Source of the DNA: Candidatus Marinacidobacterales bacterium
GTDB taxonomy: Bacteria > Acidobacteriota > Vicinamibacteria > Marinacidobacterales > SMYC01
Length of the DNA stretch: 64,000 bases
Direction: 5' to 3'
Assembly (NCBI GenBank): GCA_965237955.1
Contig: OZ250169.1
Location: forward strand, 2,656,001-2,720,000
Shown: piece after piece, positions 53,202-64,000 of the stretch
How the letters are laid out: each line of letters starts with the position of its first letter
Numbering within the stretch: the first letter of the stretch is position 1
Notes under the pieces: model-generated
What the model was told of the DNA's origin: nothing
Databases searched by the model: none
The model's input: only the letters and a program-made list of their open reading frames with translations
Program-made: the position numbers and the translations under genes

Positions 53202-54889
53202 GTTCCTGTCCAGAAACACCATAACTTGTGGTGTGCGACAGGCCTACCGAAGATGTGGGTATTATACGGTTTCGGTAGGGAACTTCGTAGGGTTGAGAGC
53301 GAATGAAAATCTTGGACGAAACGAGAGGCGAATCGTCAGGAATCCAAGGCTATGGGAGCGGAAGAGTAATAGTTATTATCTTAATAGATGTCTCGCCATC
53401 ACCAGTAGATTGCAGGTGATGATGGAACCCCATACGTACGATTTAAAAGAAGGCAATGAGCGCCATGTGCATCGGTCGAGACCAAAGACTCGTTTCAAGA
53501 ACGAAATGACGCCTTCGATCCCGCAGCGAAATCGCCGCAGGCGTTGATAGACCCAGGAACTCTTGACCATATCGGTCACGGCGAAACCTTGAGCCTTGGT
53601 AAAGGCAACATCTTCAACTCCCTTGCCTTTGATGGCTTCCAAGTTTGCCTTTGAAGAAAACGCGCCATCGTAGGCGACCTGGCGCGGGGCCCGCTCGTAG
53701 AGTTCGACTAGACGGTCGATCATGGTTTCCGCGAGAGTTGAATCGGCCGGATTCCCATCCAAGATCACGCAATCCAAAATCATCGAGGACGAACCACCAG
53801 TCAGACACACCTTGTGACCGTAGAGGGTCTCGCGCCGGTCTTTGCGAATAATGTCGGTGTGTTCTTCGAAGACAGAAACGACCTTTTCCTCTGCAGGCAC
53901 ACGCTCTTCGTCGATCACTCGGCGTTGGGTTTGGTTGATGACTTTCTTGGTGAGGACGAGAAAGTGCTCAAAATCCGCGGCGATCCTCTCCGTACTCGCT
54001 CGCTTCACAGGCTCGGTCAAGCCCGACTCTTCCAACTGTTCTGCAACGCGTTGAGCGGAGCGATAGGTTTCTTCCGTCACCTTCAGTAGATCTCGATAGA
54101 CGCGACGCCTTTGTTGCTTATCCTTAGCGTTCAGAACTCCCAGTCGACGTCTCTTCGCTCGACGCGTTCGATTGCCGAAGACCACTACTGTACCCAGCAG
54201 TTCGCGAGCTCCGCACATCAGGCGAGTGAGAACCCGAACACAGTCATAAAGAAGCTCGGAGTCTGTAGGCGGATGAATGTTTGATTCCACTACCGTGCAG
54301 TCCACTCGTACTTTTCTTCCCTTTTCGATCCCAGCATCCTCGGCAACGCTCACCAGCTCTCGGTTGATCTGCTCCAGCGTTTCGAACTTCACGGCTTTGA
54401 TGTTTGCTGCTAGGGTCGACTTCGACGGGGTCGGCTCTATGATGCCGAGCTGGCAAAACGTCCGATAGCTTCGAGAGTCTGCCAAGTGAAACGCCAGCTC
54501 CCGATAGCTGAACTGATTCAGCTGCTTGACCAACAACGCCCGGAGAACCTGCTCCGCGCTCATTCCCCCACGACCAACATCGCTCCCTGCCGATGGGGTG
54601 ACCGACTTCAGGTCTTGCAGTACCAGCTCATTGAGCTTAGGATGGGCATCGAGCAGCGACGAGATCGTTTCGAGTTCGCGTGCGTGCTCCAGCTCCAGCC
54701 AGGGCTCACGTAGATTTGGCTGTGGGTTGATCGTTTTTCGCATTTAGGGCTGGTCTCCTTTGGAGTTAAGTCATTTAGAATCGGATGTTTTCAACGATAC
54801 GGTCCTAATCGACACCCCCTCAGAAGACTAGCCCTAAATTTGCGATTTCTCCTTTTTTCTCAATCCCTTACAGGCTTCAGGACGGGTAC
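53202..54889 (-). mobile_element. ISNCY-family IS
   Basis: IRs GTTCCTGTCCAGAA / TTCAGGACGGGTAC; CTAGGTAG repeated at 53195 and 54889. Confidence 0.85.
53376..54743 (-). CDS. ISNCY transposase (intact)
   Basis: RVDCTVVESNIHPPTDS, EKVVSVFEEHTDII, GNPADS, FRCGIEGVISFLKR. Confidence 0.92.
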   Translation of the reverse strand: MRKTINPQPNLREPWLELEHARELETISSLLDAHPKLNELVLQDLKSVTPSAGSDVGRGGMSAEQVLRALLVKQLNQFSYRELAFHLADSRSYRTFCQLGIIEPTPSKSTLAANIKAVKFETLEQINRELVSVAEDAGIEKGRKVRVDCTVVESNIHPPTDSELLYDCVRVLTRLMCGARELLGTVVVFGNRTRRAKRRRLGVLNAKDKQQRRRVYRDLLKVTEETYRSAQRVAEQLEESGLTEPVKRASTERIAADFEHFLVLTKKVINQTQRRVIDEERVPAEEKVVSVFEEHTDIIRKDRRETLYGHKVCLTGGSSSMILDCVILDGNPADSTLAETMIDRLVELYERAPRQVAYDGAFSSKANLEAIKGKGVEDVAFTKAQGFAVTDMVKSSWVYQRLRRFRCGIEGVISFLKRVFGLDRCTWRSLPSFKSYVWGSIITCNLLVMARHLLR

Positions 54890-56109
54890 TAGGTAGCGAG
54901 CCGTTCGTACAACTGAACGTAGCGTGGGAGTCCCACGGTCTCGATCGAGAAGCGCTCCAGCGCGGCGCGCCGTGCGCTCTCTCGCAGCGCGCCCACGTCG
55001 AGCGCCGCGAGGCCGTCCGCAGCGTTCTCGAGCTCTTCCTGAGCGAGCCCGCCCGCGTCGATCACCGCGGGCACTTCGTCGACGAGCTGGTCGCTGTCGC
55101 CGATGCCGCGGTTCAAAACCGTGGGCAGGCCGATGGCCAAGTACTCGGCGGTCTTGGTCGGCGAGGAGCCGAGCTTCGAGAAGCAGGGTGTAATGAAGGA
55201 GACGGCCGCATCGGCGGCGGAGAGCGCCGCCGGCATTTCGCTCGGCGGAACACGCCGGACCACGACTTCGTCACGCGGCACGCCGACGCGCTCGATCGCC
55301 GCGTCGAAACGATCCGTGGGCGAGTGCGTATACAGCACGAAGCGGGCGGGCCGCCGGCGCCGCAAGGCAGCGTAGAAGCGGACCATCTCCTCCTCGCGAT
55401 ACCAGGCGCCGAGCGTGCCGGCGTAGACGAGCACGAACCGGTCGCCCGCGCCCAGCTCGCGGCGCCATCGCGCGCGCGCCTCGGCGGTGGCAGAGAATCG
55501 CTTCACGTCCACGCAGGTGGGGATGACCTCGATGGGTGTGTCACGCGGCACCAGTCGTGTCTCGTCGACGAGGTAGCGTCGGTGACGTTCGGTGAGCACG
55601 ACGACGCCAGCCGCGCGGGCGAAGAGGCGCTTTTCGACACGCTTGAGCAGCTTGTAGCGGTACGACTCGGCGCTCCAATGCCCAGCGTCGACGTACTCCT
55701 CGCCGAGCAGCCCGCGAACCTCGAAGAGGAAGCGCGTGCCGGGTGAAAGCGAAGCAGTGAGCTGTGCGACCGCGGCGGGCAGGTAAGAACGCGCGTGCAC
55801 GATCCGCGGGCGTCGCACGAGCGCGAGTGCGAGAAGCCGCGCCAGCGCTCGACTCGCCTCCGCCATCTTCACCGAAAAGGAGTGCGACGCACTGCGTCGC
55901 GACCAGTAATAGCCGATTCCTGCCGCACGCAACTGCTCATCGACCGCGCGGATCTCGTCGTCAGTGGCTCGCTCGGGCTCGAACGCCACGATCTCCATCG
56001 AGAAGCCGGCGCGCGCCAGCCCCTCGACGTAGGGAATGACTTGCGAGTATCCGAGCGGCTCGGACATTCCCGTGTGCGAGACGTAGACCGCCCGCGGGCT
56101 TTGCGCCAT
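54889..56109 (-). CDS. GT4-like glycosyltransferase (paralog of 40384..41712)
   Basis: EPLGYSQVIPY, HARSY, SSPTKTAEYLAIGLP. Confidence 0.87.
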   Translation of the reverse strand: MAQSPRAVYVSHTGMSEPLGYSQVIPYVEGLARAGFSMEIVAFEPERATDDEIRAVDEQLRAAGIGYYWSRRSASHSFSVKMAEASRALARLLALALVRRPRIVHARSYLPAAVAQLTASLSPGTRFLFEVRGLLGEEYVDAGHWSAESYRYKLLKRVEKRLFARAAGVVVLTERHRRYLVDETRLVPRDTPIEVIPTCVDVKRFSATAEARARWRRELGAGDRFVLVYAGTLGAWYREEEMVRFYAALRRRRPARFVLYTHSPTDRFDAAIERVGVPRDEVVVRRVPPSEMPAALSAADAAVSFITPCFSKLGSSPTKTAEYLAIGLPTVLNRGIGDSDQLVDEVPAVIDAGGLAQEELENAADGLAALDVGALRESARRAALERFSIETVGLPRYVQLYERLAT

Positions 56110-56163
56110 GGGTAAGGCCATATTATAATTGTACTGTTCCACAACAATTGAAGATTCCCACAA

Positions 56164-57327
56164 ATGCGAGTAGCGGCACTGGTGCCTTATCACCAGGACT
56201 ACTGCGCGGGGCAACGCTTCCGCGTGGAGACCTGGGCACGACATCTCGAGTCGCGCGGGATCTCGTTTTCGTTTCTGCCGTTTTCGAGTCCCGAGCTGAC
56301 CGCGGTGCTCTATGAACGCGGGCACCTGTTGAGCAAGGCCGGTGCGTTGGTACGTTGCTATGTCGAGCAAACGGCGCGCGTGTTGCGCCACTGTTCCACA
56401 ACAATTGAAGATTCCCACAAATGCGAGTAGCGGCACGCCTTATCACCAGGACTACTGCGCGGGGCACGCTTCCGCGTGGAGTCACGCCCCGACCTCGTCT
56501 ACATCTACCGTGAGGCGTCGCTGGTGGGTCCAGCGCTCATCGAACGTCTTACCCGAAGGTGGCGCGCTCCAATCGTCTACGACTTGGACGAGCCGCTGTT
56601 CGAGTCGTACGTGAGCCCAACGAACGGGCGTTTGAACGTGCTGAAGTGCCGTTCCAAAACCGAGGCGCTCATGCGCATGAGTGATCAGGTCTGGGCGGTC
56701 AACCGCGCCATCGGCGATTATGCGTCTCGCTTCTCGCCGCACGTGGAGATCGTGCCCATGGCGGTCGACACCGAACGCTACACGCCTGCGCCACCACTCG
56801 CGGCCGATGCACCGCTTCGCGTCGGCTGGATGGGAACCCGTACCTCTCAGCCCAACCTCGAAGCGGTCGTCGGGCCTCTCGCGCGTCTGCACCAGTCTCA
56901 TGGTGCAACGCTCTCGGTCGTAGCCGACGAGCCGCTGACGTTCGATGGCGTTCCCGTCGAGTTCACGCGGTGGGCGTGGGAGGTCGAGGTGCCGATCATG
57001 CACCAGTGCCAGATCGCACTGGTTCCAGTGAAGCCGGACAGCTGGAGCCCATGGAAGTTCTACTACAAGCTCGTCCAGTGCATGAGCATGGGGCTTCCGG
57101 TGGTCGCCTCACCGATCGGGTCGAACCTCGAGATCATCGAGGACGGTCGAACGGGCTTTCTCGTTGACACCCCGGACGATTGGTACGATCGTCTGCGCCG
57201 TCTCGCTGATGACCCCGAGCTGCGACAGACGATGGGCGCGGCCGCGAGGCGGGTCGTCGAGGAACGCTTCAGTCTCGAAGGACAGCTCGAGTTCCTCGAG
57301 CGCGAGCTCAGGGCGGCCGCCGCATGA
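56164..57327 (+). pseudogene. GT4 glycosyltransferase interrupted by a ~92-bp copy of its own 5' region
   Basis: MRVAALVPY...GQRFRVE, insert at 56390-56481, then PDLVYIYREA, YDLDE, KLVQCMSMGLPVVASP. Confidence 0.8.
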
Positions 57328-58091
57328 AAGTCGTCATCTTCGCCGGCGGTCTCGGGAGTCGCCTTTCCGAAGAAACCGAGTCCAAGCCCAAGCCCATGGT
57401 CGAGATCGGCGGGCGGCCGATCCTATGGCACATCATGAAGCACTACGCGCACTACGGCCACGACGAGTTCGTGGTGGCCCTCGGCCACCGCGGCGACGTC
57501 ATCAAGCGTTGGTTTCTCGACAAGGCCGAGCTCGACGGCAGCTTCACTTTGTCGCTGCGTGACCGTGAGGTGGTACGCCACGACGAGCCGCTCGACGATT
57601 GGAAACTTTCGCTCATCGATACCGGTGTGGAGACCCAGACCGGCGGACGGCTCTCCCGGGTAGCGCCCCTGCTGCGTGACGGTACCTTCATGCTCACGTA
57701 CGGTGACGGTGTATCCGACGTGGACCTCGATGATTTGCTGGCCTTCCACCGCTCTCACGGCAAACTGGCCACGGTGACCGCGGTCCGCCCGCCCGCGCGT
57801 TTCGGCGAGCTCGAATTCGATGGCGATCGCGTCAAGCGCTTCTCCGAGAAGCCGCAGATCGGCGAGGGCTGGATCAACGGAGGCTTCTTCGTGCTCGAGC
57901 CAGAAGCCCGCGACGTCATCCCCGGGGATGTGCACTTGGAACGTGAGCCGCTCGAGAGGCTAGCCGAGGCCGGAGAGCTCATGGCGTACAAGCACGAGAG
58001 CTTCTGGCAATGCATGGATACGCTGCGAGACAAACGCCTGCTCGAATCTCTCTGGGCCGATGGAGGTGCTTCTTGGAAGGTGTGGTCGTGA
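57324..58091 (+). CDS. rfbF: Glucose-1-phosphate cytidylyltransferase
   Basis: AGGLGSRLSEET..KPKPMVEIGG, TYGDGV, WINGGFF, FWQCMDTLRDK. Confidence 0.95.
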   Translation: MKVVIFAGGLGSRLSEETESKPKPMVEIGGRPILWHIMKHYAHYGHDEFVVALGHRGDVIKRWFLDKAELDGSFTLSLRDREVVRHDEPLDDWKLSLIDTGVETQTGGRLSRVAPLLRDGTFMLTYGDGVSDVDLDDLLAFHRSHGKLATVTAVRPPARFGELEFDGDRVKRFSEKPQIGEGWINGGFFVLEPEARDVIPGDVHLEREPLERLAEAGELMAYKHESFWQCMDTLRDKRLLESLWADGGASWKVWS

Positions 58092-58903
58092 GCAAGCAGA
58101 CGCGCGGCTGGAATTCTTCGACGATGACGAGAACCGAGGATCTCCCGGCGAACGCCTGGGCACTGGGGTATTTCCATTCTTCCCACGACGATTGGGACGG
58201 GGAGACGTGGACTCAAAACCTGCACGAGCTACGCATTCGGGACCTAGCGCTCTTTCAGCTCGGCGATGTGCGCGGTAAACGTATCCTCGATATCGGCTCC
58301 GGTTTTGGCGAGTACATGCTGACCTTTTTCAAAATGGGCGCGTGTGCTTCCGGACAAGATCTTTCTGAATCGGCCGTGGAGAAATCGATCTCGATGCTGA
58401 AGGAGAACGGATTCGACCCGGATGTCAAAGCGGGCGACGCGACGCAGCTGATGTTCGACGACAACGTCTTCGACGCCGTGTTTTCCGCCGATTTCTTCGA
58501 GCACATCACCTACGAGCAAAAACAGAAAGTCATCGACGAGACCTTCCGAGTGCTGAAACCTGGTGGGCTCTTCGTCATCAAGACCCCGAACTTGGACTAT
58601 CTCGAGCTTTCCAATTTTCTGAAGCGCTGTGTCGTGATTCTCAAGCTCCGGTCTCCATTCGGAATCCATATCCCGCATACCAAGAACAATCCCGACACGG
58701 AACACCACGGTCTCACGACCTTCGCGGAGCTGACTTCGCTCTTGGAGGAGGGGATGTTCCACTTCCCCGAGTTCACCCACGCGCCACTGCGAAGAAAACG
58801 ATTGCCAGACTACTTGGCTAGAATGACCGACGGCTACCGAGCGTTTTCCGAGGCGATCATCCTGTCCGCACGCAAGCCGCTGTTTTACGGGTTTTACGGC
58901 TAG
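58088..58903 (+). CDS. Class I SAM-dependent methyltransferase
   Basis: LDIGSGFG, DFFEHI, RVLKPGG, KTPN. Confidence 0.87.
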   Translation: MSKQTRGWNSSTMTRTEDLPANAWALGYFHSSHDDWDGETWTQNLHELRIRDLALFQLGDVRGKRILDIGSGFGEYMLTFFKMGACASGQDLSESAVEKSISMLKENGFDPDVKAGDATQLMFDDNVFDAVFSADFFEHITYEQKQKVIDETFRVLKPGGLFVIKTPNLDYLELSNFLKRCVVILKLRSPFGIHIPHTKNNPDTEHHGLTTFAELTSLLEEGMFHFPEFTHAPLRRKRLPDYLARMTDGYRAFSEAIILSARKPLFYGFYG

Positions 58904-59814
58904 CCGCCTTGCGCGCGCCACCATGTCACGGTGTGGGCCAAGCCTGACGCAACGTCATAGCGAGGTTGCCAGCCGACTTCGTTACCCAGGCGTTCGGTGT
59001 TCGCGACCAAAAACGGGGGATCTCCAAGGGGTGATGGACGCGCGCCAAAGTCCAGGAGCTCAGCCCGACCCAGTATCTCGCCGAGTTGCTCGGCGACCGA
59101 GGATACCGTCACCGGCTGTCCCGATCCGATATTGACGGGGCCGACCACGGAGGACTTCGCAATCGCCCACAACGCGCCGGCGACATCCCCTACGTGCGAG
59201 TAGTCTCGGATCTGCTCACCGGGGGAGAGCTCGCACATCTCACCGGCGAGCAATTTCGAGATCAGGAACGGCACCAGCCGGCGCGGATCTTCCCAGGGTC
59301 CGTAGACGCAAAAGATTCGGGCTGAGGCTACGGACCATTCATCGTGTGCGTCGAAGTTGCTGGCCGTCAGGAAGAGGGAGTGCTTGGCGGCGGCGTACAG
59401 GGTGGTCGGGTGGATGGGGCTCGTCTCGGCGACGGCGCTCGTCGAGCTTTCGTACTCGAGCGAGGTTCCAGCGATGACGAGGCGCCGACACCCGATCCGG
59501 TGGAGGATGCGCATGAATGTCAGACTGCCTTTCAGACAGTCGAGGTTCTCGTGAGCCCCCAGATACTGGTCGGGCTCCGCGTACCACGCCAGGTGTAGAC
59601 AGACTTCAGGGACGCTGGCTCTCAAGGGCGTCTCGAGCGCCCGCGCATCCTGTAGGTCGCCTTCCAGCAACTGCACGCGGTCTTGCACGCCTTCGAGCCG
59701 GCGCAAGCTCGAGCCTGGCCTCACGAGGGCCATGACCTCATGCCCCTCGGCGAGCGCGAGCCGCGCCACGTGCGAGCCGATGAACCCGGAGGCTCCGGTC
59801 AGGAGAACTCGCAT
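58900..59814 (-). CDS. NAD-dependent epimerase / 4-ketoreductase (SDR)
   Basis: TGASGFIG, HLAWY, YAAAK, YGPWED. Confidence 0.9.
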   Translation of the reverse strand: MRVLLTGASGFIGSHVARLALAEGHEVMALVRPGSSLRRLEGVQDRVQLLEGDLQDARALETPLRASVPEVCLHLAWYAEPDQYLGAHENLDCLKGSLTFMRILHRIGCRRLVIAGTSLEYESSTSAVAETSPIHPTTLYAAAKHSLFLTASNFDAHDEWSVASARIFCVYGPWEDPRRLVPFLISKLLAGEMCELSPGEQIRDYSHVGDVAGALWAIAKSSVVGPVNIGSGQPVTVSSVAEQLGEILGRAELLDFGARPSPLGDPPFLVANTERLGNEVGWQPRYDVASGLAHTVTWWRAQGG

Positions 59815-60347
59815 GCCGCCTCGTCGAACGGAGCGAACGCCAGGTCACGAGATCCGATTACCGTTGGCGCGAACGTCCAGGTAATCGCGAACGCGGGGTC
59901 GTCGTACCTCAAGCCGCGGGCGCTCTCGGGACGATAGGGCGTCGACATTTGGTAGGCGACCTCCGAATGGTCCTCGAGCGTCAGGAACCCGTGGGCGAGC
60001 CCTTCGGGGATGTAGACCATGTGCCGGTTGTCTGCGGACAGCTCCGCCGACCACCAAGTCTTGAAAGTCGGCGCGCTCGGACGTAGGTCCACGATCACGT
60101 CGTAGATCCGACCCCGCGTACAGCGCACGAGCTTCGCCTCGGCGAAGGGCGGCGCTTGGAAGTGCAGCCCACGAAGGGTTCCCCGGCGATGGTTGTACGA
60201 GATACTGCACTGGGCCAACTCGCCTTTCAGGCCATGGGCAAGGTAGTCCTCGCGACACCAGCTGCGCGCGAAGAAACCACGCTCGTCCTGGTGTGGCTCG
60301 ATCCGCACGAGGAACGCGCCCTCCATCGGTGTCGGCTGGAAGATCAT
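59799..60347 (-). CDS. rfbC: NDP-4-keto-6-deoxyhexose 3,5-epimerase
   Basis: DERGFFAR, GTLRGLHFQ, EAKLVRC, AHGFLTL. Confidence 0.93.
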   Translation of the reverse strand: MIFQPTPMEGAFLVRIEPHQDERGFFARSWCREDYLAHGLKGELAQCSISYNHRRGTLRGLHFQAPPFAEAKLVRCTRGRIYDVIVDLRPSAPTFKTWWSAELSADNRHMVYIPEGLAHGFLTLEDHSEVAYQMSTPYRPESARGLRYDDPAFAITWTFAPTVIGSRDLAFAPFDEAACEFS

Positions 60348-60357
60348 CGCGCGCGTC

Positions 60358-61578
60358 TCATACCACCCGCGGCTCGGGAATCGGCACGATGAACTTGCCG
60401 CCTCCCGCGCGATAGTCGGCTTGCTGGGCGATGATCTCGTCGGCGAAGTTCCACGTCAAAAGCAGCACATAGTCCGGGCGATCCGCAAGGAGTTTCTCCG
60501 GAGCGTGGATCGGGAGATGGTTCCCCGGCATGAAGCGCCCCTGTTTGTGGGGGCTGCGATCGACCACGAAGTCGACGAGGTCGCTATCGATTCCCATGTA
60601 GTGCAAGAGTGTGCTCCCCTTGGCGGCGGCACCGTAAGCGGCGATGTGCTTGCCGCCCGCCTTGAGATCGAAAAGGAGGGCCCGCAACTCTTCCCGTAGT
60701 CCAGACACCTGGTGGGCGAACCGGCGATACGGCTCAGGCGTGTCGACGCCCCACGTCGCCTCCTCATCGAGCATTGCGCGCACGCTGGGTGCGTCGGCTT
60801 CGGCACCCTCATGGACCACGGTGACGCGAATCGACCCACCATGGATCGGTATGCGCTCGACGCGCTCGGCGGCCAGTCCGTGACGTCGAAAGAGTTGTTC
60901 GAGCGCCGTGAGCGAGTAGTAGAAAAAGTGCTCGTGGTAGATGGTGTCGAACTCGTTATTCGTCAGTAGATCGTGTATGTACGGCGTCTCCATCACCAAC
61001 GCCCCCGTGGGCGCAAGGAACCGTCCGATGCCCTCGACCACCCCGTTGATATCGGGGATATGGGCCATCACATTGTTGGCGAGAATGACGTCGGCTCGCC
61101 GACCTTGATCGACGAGGCGCTCGGCCAGCTCGGCGCCGAAGAACTCGCAAACGGTGCGGATACCCCGCTCCTCGGCCACCTTGGCGATGTTGTGCGCCGG
61201 CTCGATACCCAACACAGGTATGTCGGCCTGCTGGAAGTACTGCAAGAAGTAGCCGTCGTTGCTGGCAATCTCCGCGACAAGGCTGTCGTGGCCGAGCCGC
61301 CGACTTGCGATCAGCGCTTGCGCGCTCGCGCGAGCGTGGTCGAGCATCGTCTCGGAAAAGGATGAAAAGTATAGGTAGTTCCGGAACATCTGCTCCGGCG
61401 GGACGGTTTCCAGGATCTGGACCAGGGAACAGCCCTTGCAGATGGCCAGCTCGAGCGGGAACCTCGGCTCCGGTGCATCGAGCTGAGTCTTGGTGACGAG
61501 GGCGTTCGCCAGCGGTGTCGTTCCGAGATCGAGCACGGACTCGAGCGGCGTAGCGCCGCAGGACCGGCAGCGAACCAT
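60358..61578 (-). CDS. NDP-hexose C-methyltransferase
   Basis: [40 protein letters not shown]. Confidence 0.92.
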   Translation of the reverse strand: MVRCRSCGATPLESVLDLGTTPLANALVTKTQLDAPEPRFPLELAICKGCSLVQILETVPPEQMFRNYLYFSSFSETMLDHARASAQALIASRRLGHDSLVAEIASNDGYFLQYFQQADIPVLGIEPAHNIAKVAEERGIRTVCEFFGAELAERLVDQGRRADVILANNVMAHIPDINGVVEGIGRFLAPTGALVMETPYIHDLLTNNEFDTIYHEHFFYYSLTALEQLFRRHGLAAERVERIPIHGGSIRVTVVHEGAEADAPSVRAMLDEEATWGVDTPEPYRRFAHQVSGLREELRALLFDLKAGGKHIAAYGAAAKGSTLLHYMGIDSDLVDFVVDRSPHKQGRFMPGNHLPIHAPEKLLADRPDYVLLLTWNFADEIIAQQADYRAGGGKFIVPIPEPRVV

Positions 61579-62562
61579 CAGCTCAATCCCAGGAAGTCGC
61601 GATACCAGGACAATGTCGGGTTGAGTCCGGAAACGAGATCGAACTGGACCTTCCAACCCAGCACCGTGCGAGCACGTGTCGCGCTGAGGTGCTGGCTTCT
61701 GATCTCGTTTCGCGCCTGGTTCAGGATCTTCGGCTCGAGCGCGGTTCCGGCCAGCGCCTGGATCTGCGCCACGACCTCGAGCACAGTGAGCGGCGACTCA
61801 GCGGAGAAGTTGAAGGCCTGGCCCGCGACTTCGGGGCGTGTGACATGTTCTGCGAGCGCAAGATACGCGCTCACTGTGTCATGGACGTATAGATAGTCCC
61901 GAACGAACTTGCCGTCGCTGCGAATGATCGGCCTCTCGCCCCGCAGCACCGAGCGTATCGTGCCCGGCACGACTCGGCTCCAGTTGAGATCGCCCCCACC
62001 GTAGATGTTGCCGCAGCGCGCGATCGCGACCGGAACACCGTAGCTCGCGAAGTAGCACTGCGCGATCAAGTCGGTGCAGCTTTTCGAGACATCGTAAGGG
62101 TGGCGTGCCATGAGCGGCATGTCCTCCGTATAGGGCAGCACGTCGTGCTCACCGTATGCCTTATCCGACGACGCGATGACGACGCGTTGAACGATGCCTC
62201 TGTGGTGGCGACACGCATCCAGCAAGTGGTAGCTGCCTCCGCAGGTTGGCCTCGAACGTCGGCACGGGGCTGCGCAACGCCGTTCCAACGATGGTCTGCG
62301 CGCCCAGGTGGAAGACGGTGTCCACCTCGTGCTCGTTGATCGCACGCTCGACGCATCCGGGCTGCTCGAGCGCACCATTGACGACACTCACCAGCGCCGC
62401 ATCGCCGCTTCGGAAAAGCTCCGACTGGGGATCCGCATCATGGATCAGAGCTACTACCCGTGCGTCGCGCGCTAACAGCTCGCGGACGAGCCACGAGCCG
62501 ACCATCCCGGTCGCTCCGGTGACTAGGACCGTAGACTCGTCCCAAGAAAACGACTTGCTCAT
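61578..62562 (-). pseudogene. rfbG: CDP-glucose 4,6-dehydratase-like SDR, frameshifted near 62230
   Basis: VTGATGMVG, FHLGAQTIVG, then ASSDKAYG, PYDVSK, RCGNIYGGGD in a second frame. Confidence 0.8.
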
Positions 62563-62599
62563 CTTGGAATCACCTCGTCGAGCCCGGCGCCCAGTCGAT

Positions 62600-63336
62600 T
62601 TCGGCCCGAGTTCGGTTCCGCGAAATTCCAACCAGAGCCGGCTGTACGCCGCCCAGTTCCGGAGAGAATCCGGGCTTCAACCCGAAGCATGAGGGTACGA
62701 ACCCCCGCGGTGTTTGAAGTACAGTAGAAAAAGGATTTATGGAAGTGTATCATTTGGGACGCCTGCTCGAAAGGCCTCATCTCGGCTCCTCTGCCTCGAG
62801 CTTCCTGCCACGGGGGATTCCATCGGCTACGAACAGGAAGTAGTTCCTTTCCTTTGATCTCGAGTGGCGGCGGAGTTCTGAACGGCGCGAGAACTCCGTG
62901 CAACTTTTTGACTTCAGGAGCGAGCGAGTATTGACGAGGGACAACTACACGGAAGAGCCAGTCGGGAGCACGATCGCGGCCGAGCACAACTGCGATCGCC
63001 GACTTCATGGTGCTGCCACTCGTGGCTGAAATTCGCCTGGGTACGACGGTCGTGCCCGAATGTCTCGACCACAGCACGCTTCTCGTCCTTCGGCGACAAG
63101 AGCGGCCGCAACGGTTCTGGCGGCGGCGACGGTATCAACGGTCCGAGACTCGCCCAATGCTCTTCTAGTGCACCGGGCAGAAATCGTGGTACCCCGCCGG
63201 CGACCGGAAAGAAATTAGCGCCTCGACAGTAGAGAATTCCGTTTTCGATCTCACCGATGGACGAAGTGAACGTGTGGAGCTCCAGGACTCCGCGGCAGCG
63301 CGCACAGCGCAGATAATCCAGTAGACTGCGGTACAT
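62600..63336 (-). pseudogene. Trm112-like/Zn-ribbon methyltransferase remnant with core deleted or scrambled
   Basis: MYRSLLDYLRCARC...GILYC...FPVAGGVPRFL...TQANFSHEW, then similarity breaks off near 62990. Confidence 0.55.
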
Positions 63337-63670
63337 ATTCGGGTTGGGAAACGGTGTGTATCCAGGATAGCGAAAAAAAACTTGCGCGCCAAGCTTTGGC
63401 CTTCGATCCCCAGGGGCGAGCATAGGTTTACTCCGCGGGCATCGAGCGGGGCAAAGGAGTACCCTTTGCTTAACTTTTGGGTTCTCCTCCGTCTAGCCCC
63501 TTGTAAGCGGCGCTCGGCCTCCGCTTGAGGGCCGGAAGGTACTCGTGACCTTTCGGATATGGAGGTCGGCATCATTGCGAGAACGACTCGCACACACCCG
63601 CCTCATAGCGGCTCCCGGGCTCGCGAGCTCGGGGGGGCGCTCCTCCTCGACGTCAGCACTTTTTGCTACG

Positions 63671-64000
63671 ATGGGAAGCACAACGATGGAAGAAAGGCGG
63701 TTTCGTTTGTGGGGTAGTCGATACGCGGCGAGAGTGCCGCTGGTTCTGATTCTCGTCTGCACGGCGGGTGGCGGCCGAGGGGATGCGCAGACGCTCCAAG
63801 AGCAGATCCTCGAAGCGCGTGACAAGGTTACACCGGCGCTCGTCAACGTCCAGCCGATTACCGACGTCTACTCATCGGGAGAGCGTCGAAGCGCGACCGG
63901 CGTCGGGAGCGGGTTCATCTTCGATGAGGACGGTCACGTGATCACCAACTATCACGTTGCCGGAAAAGCCAAACGCCTCATTATTACGTTGAGCAATAAA
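63671..64000 (+). CDS. HtrA/DegP-like trypsin serine protease (runs off the window end)
   Basis: VTPALVNV, GVGSGFIFDEDGHVITNYHV. Confidence 0.85.
   Translation, partial: MGSTTMEERRFRLWGSRYAARVPLVLILVCTAGGGRGDAQTLQEQILEARDKVTPALVNVQPITDVYSSGERRSATGVGSGFIFDEDGHVITNYHVAGKAKRLIITLSNK

Noticed and set aside
63510-63570. SRP RNA-like CCGGAAGG hairpin
   Set aside because: Lacks the TCAGG...GAAGCAGC consensus; probably an ordinary hairpin in a divergent promoter region

Overview
GC-rich bacterial window, probably Acidobacteriota/PVC-like from gene content (inference only), with two parts. (1) 1-17.8 kb is a mobile-element graveyard: an ISAzo13 end, nested IS903-group IS5 elements, a 3' half tRNA-Arg(CCG) att scar, an IS630 inside a PVC-type heme-c protein gene, integrase-core elements, a truncated RIT element and a DDE/rve IS. 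Secreted GH2 and GH116 glycosidase genes survive among them. (2) 23-63.4 kb is a large Wzy-type exopolysaccharide/surface-glycan locus. It carries wzc, wza, an OM beta-barrel, wecA, GT2/GT4s, an AsnB amidotransferase, an O-carbamoyltransferase, TylF and other methyltransferases, a CDP-C-methyl-deoxysugar pathway and an O-antigen-ligase/TPR protein. Four sigma54-type promoters lie in this part. One drives an unusual secreted protein with SLH-like/CBM-like repeats and a Pro/Ser tail, and another drives an unexplained ~450-nt leader. Many genes carry internal deletions or frameshifts. A 133-bp IS630-derived MITE is present in two inverted copies, and heptamer-armed inverted elements fill convergent gene junctions. 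No rRNA, intact tRNA or CRISPR array was seen.
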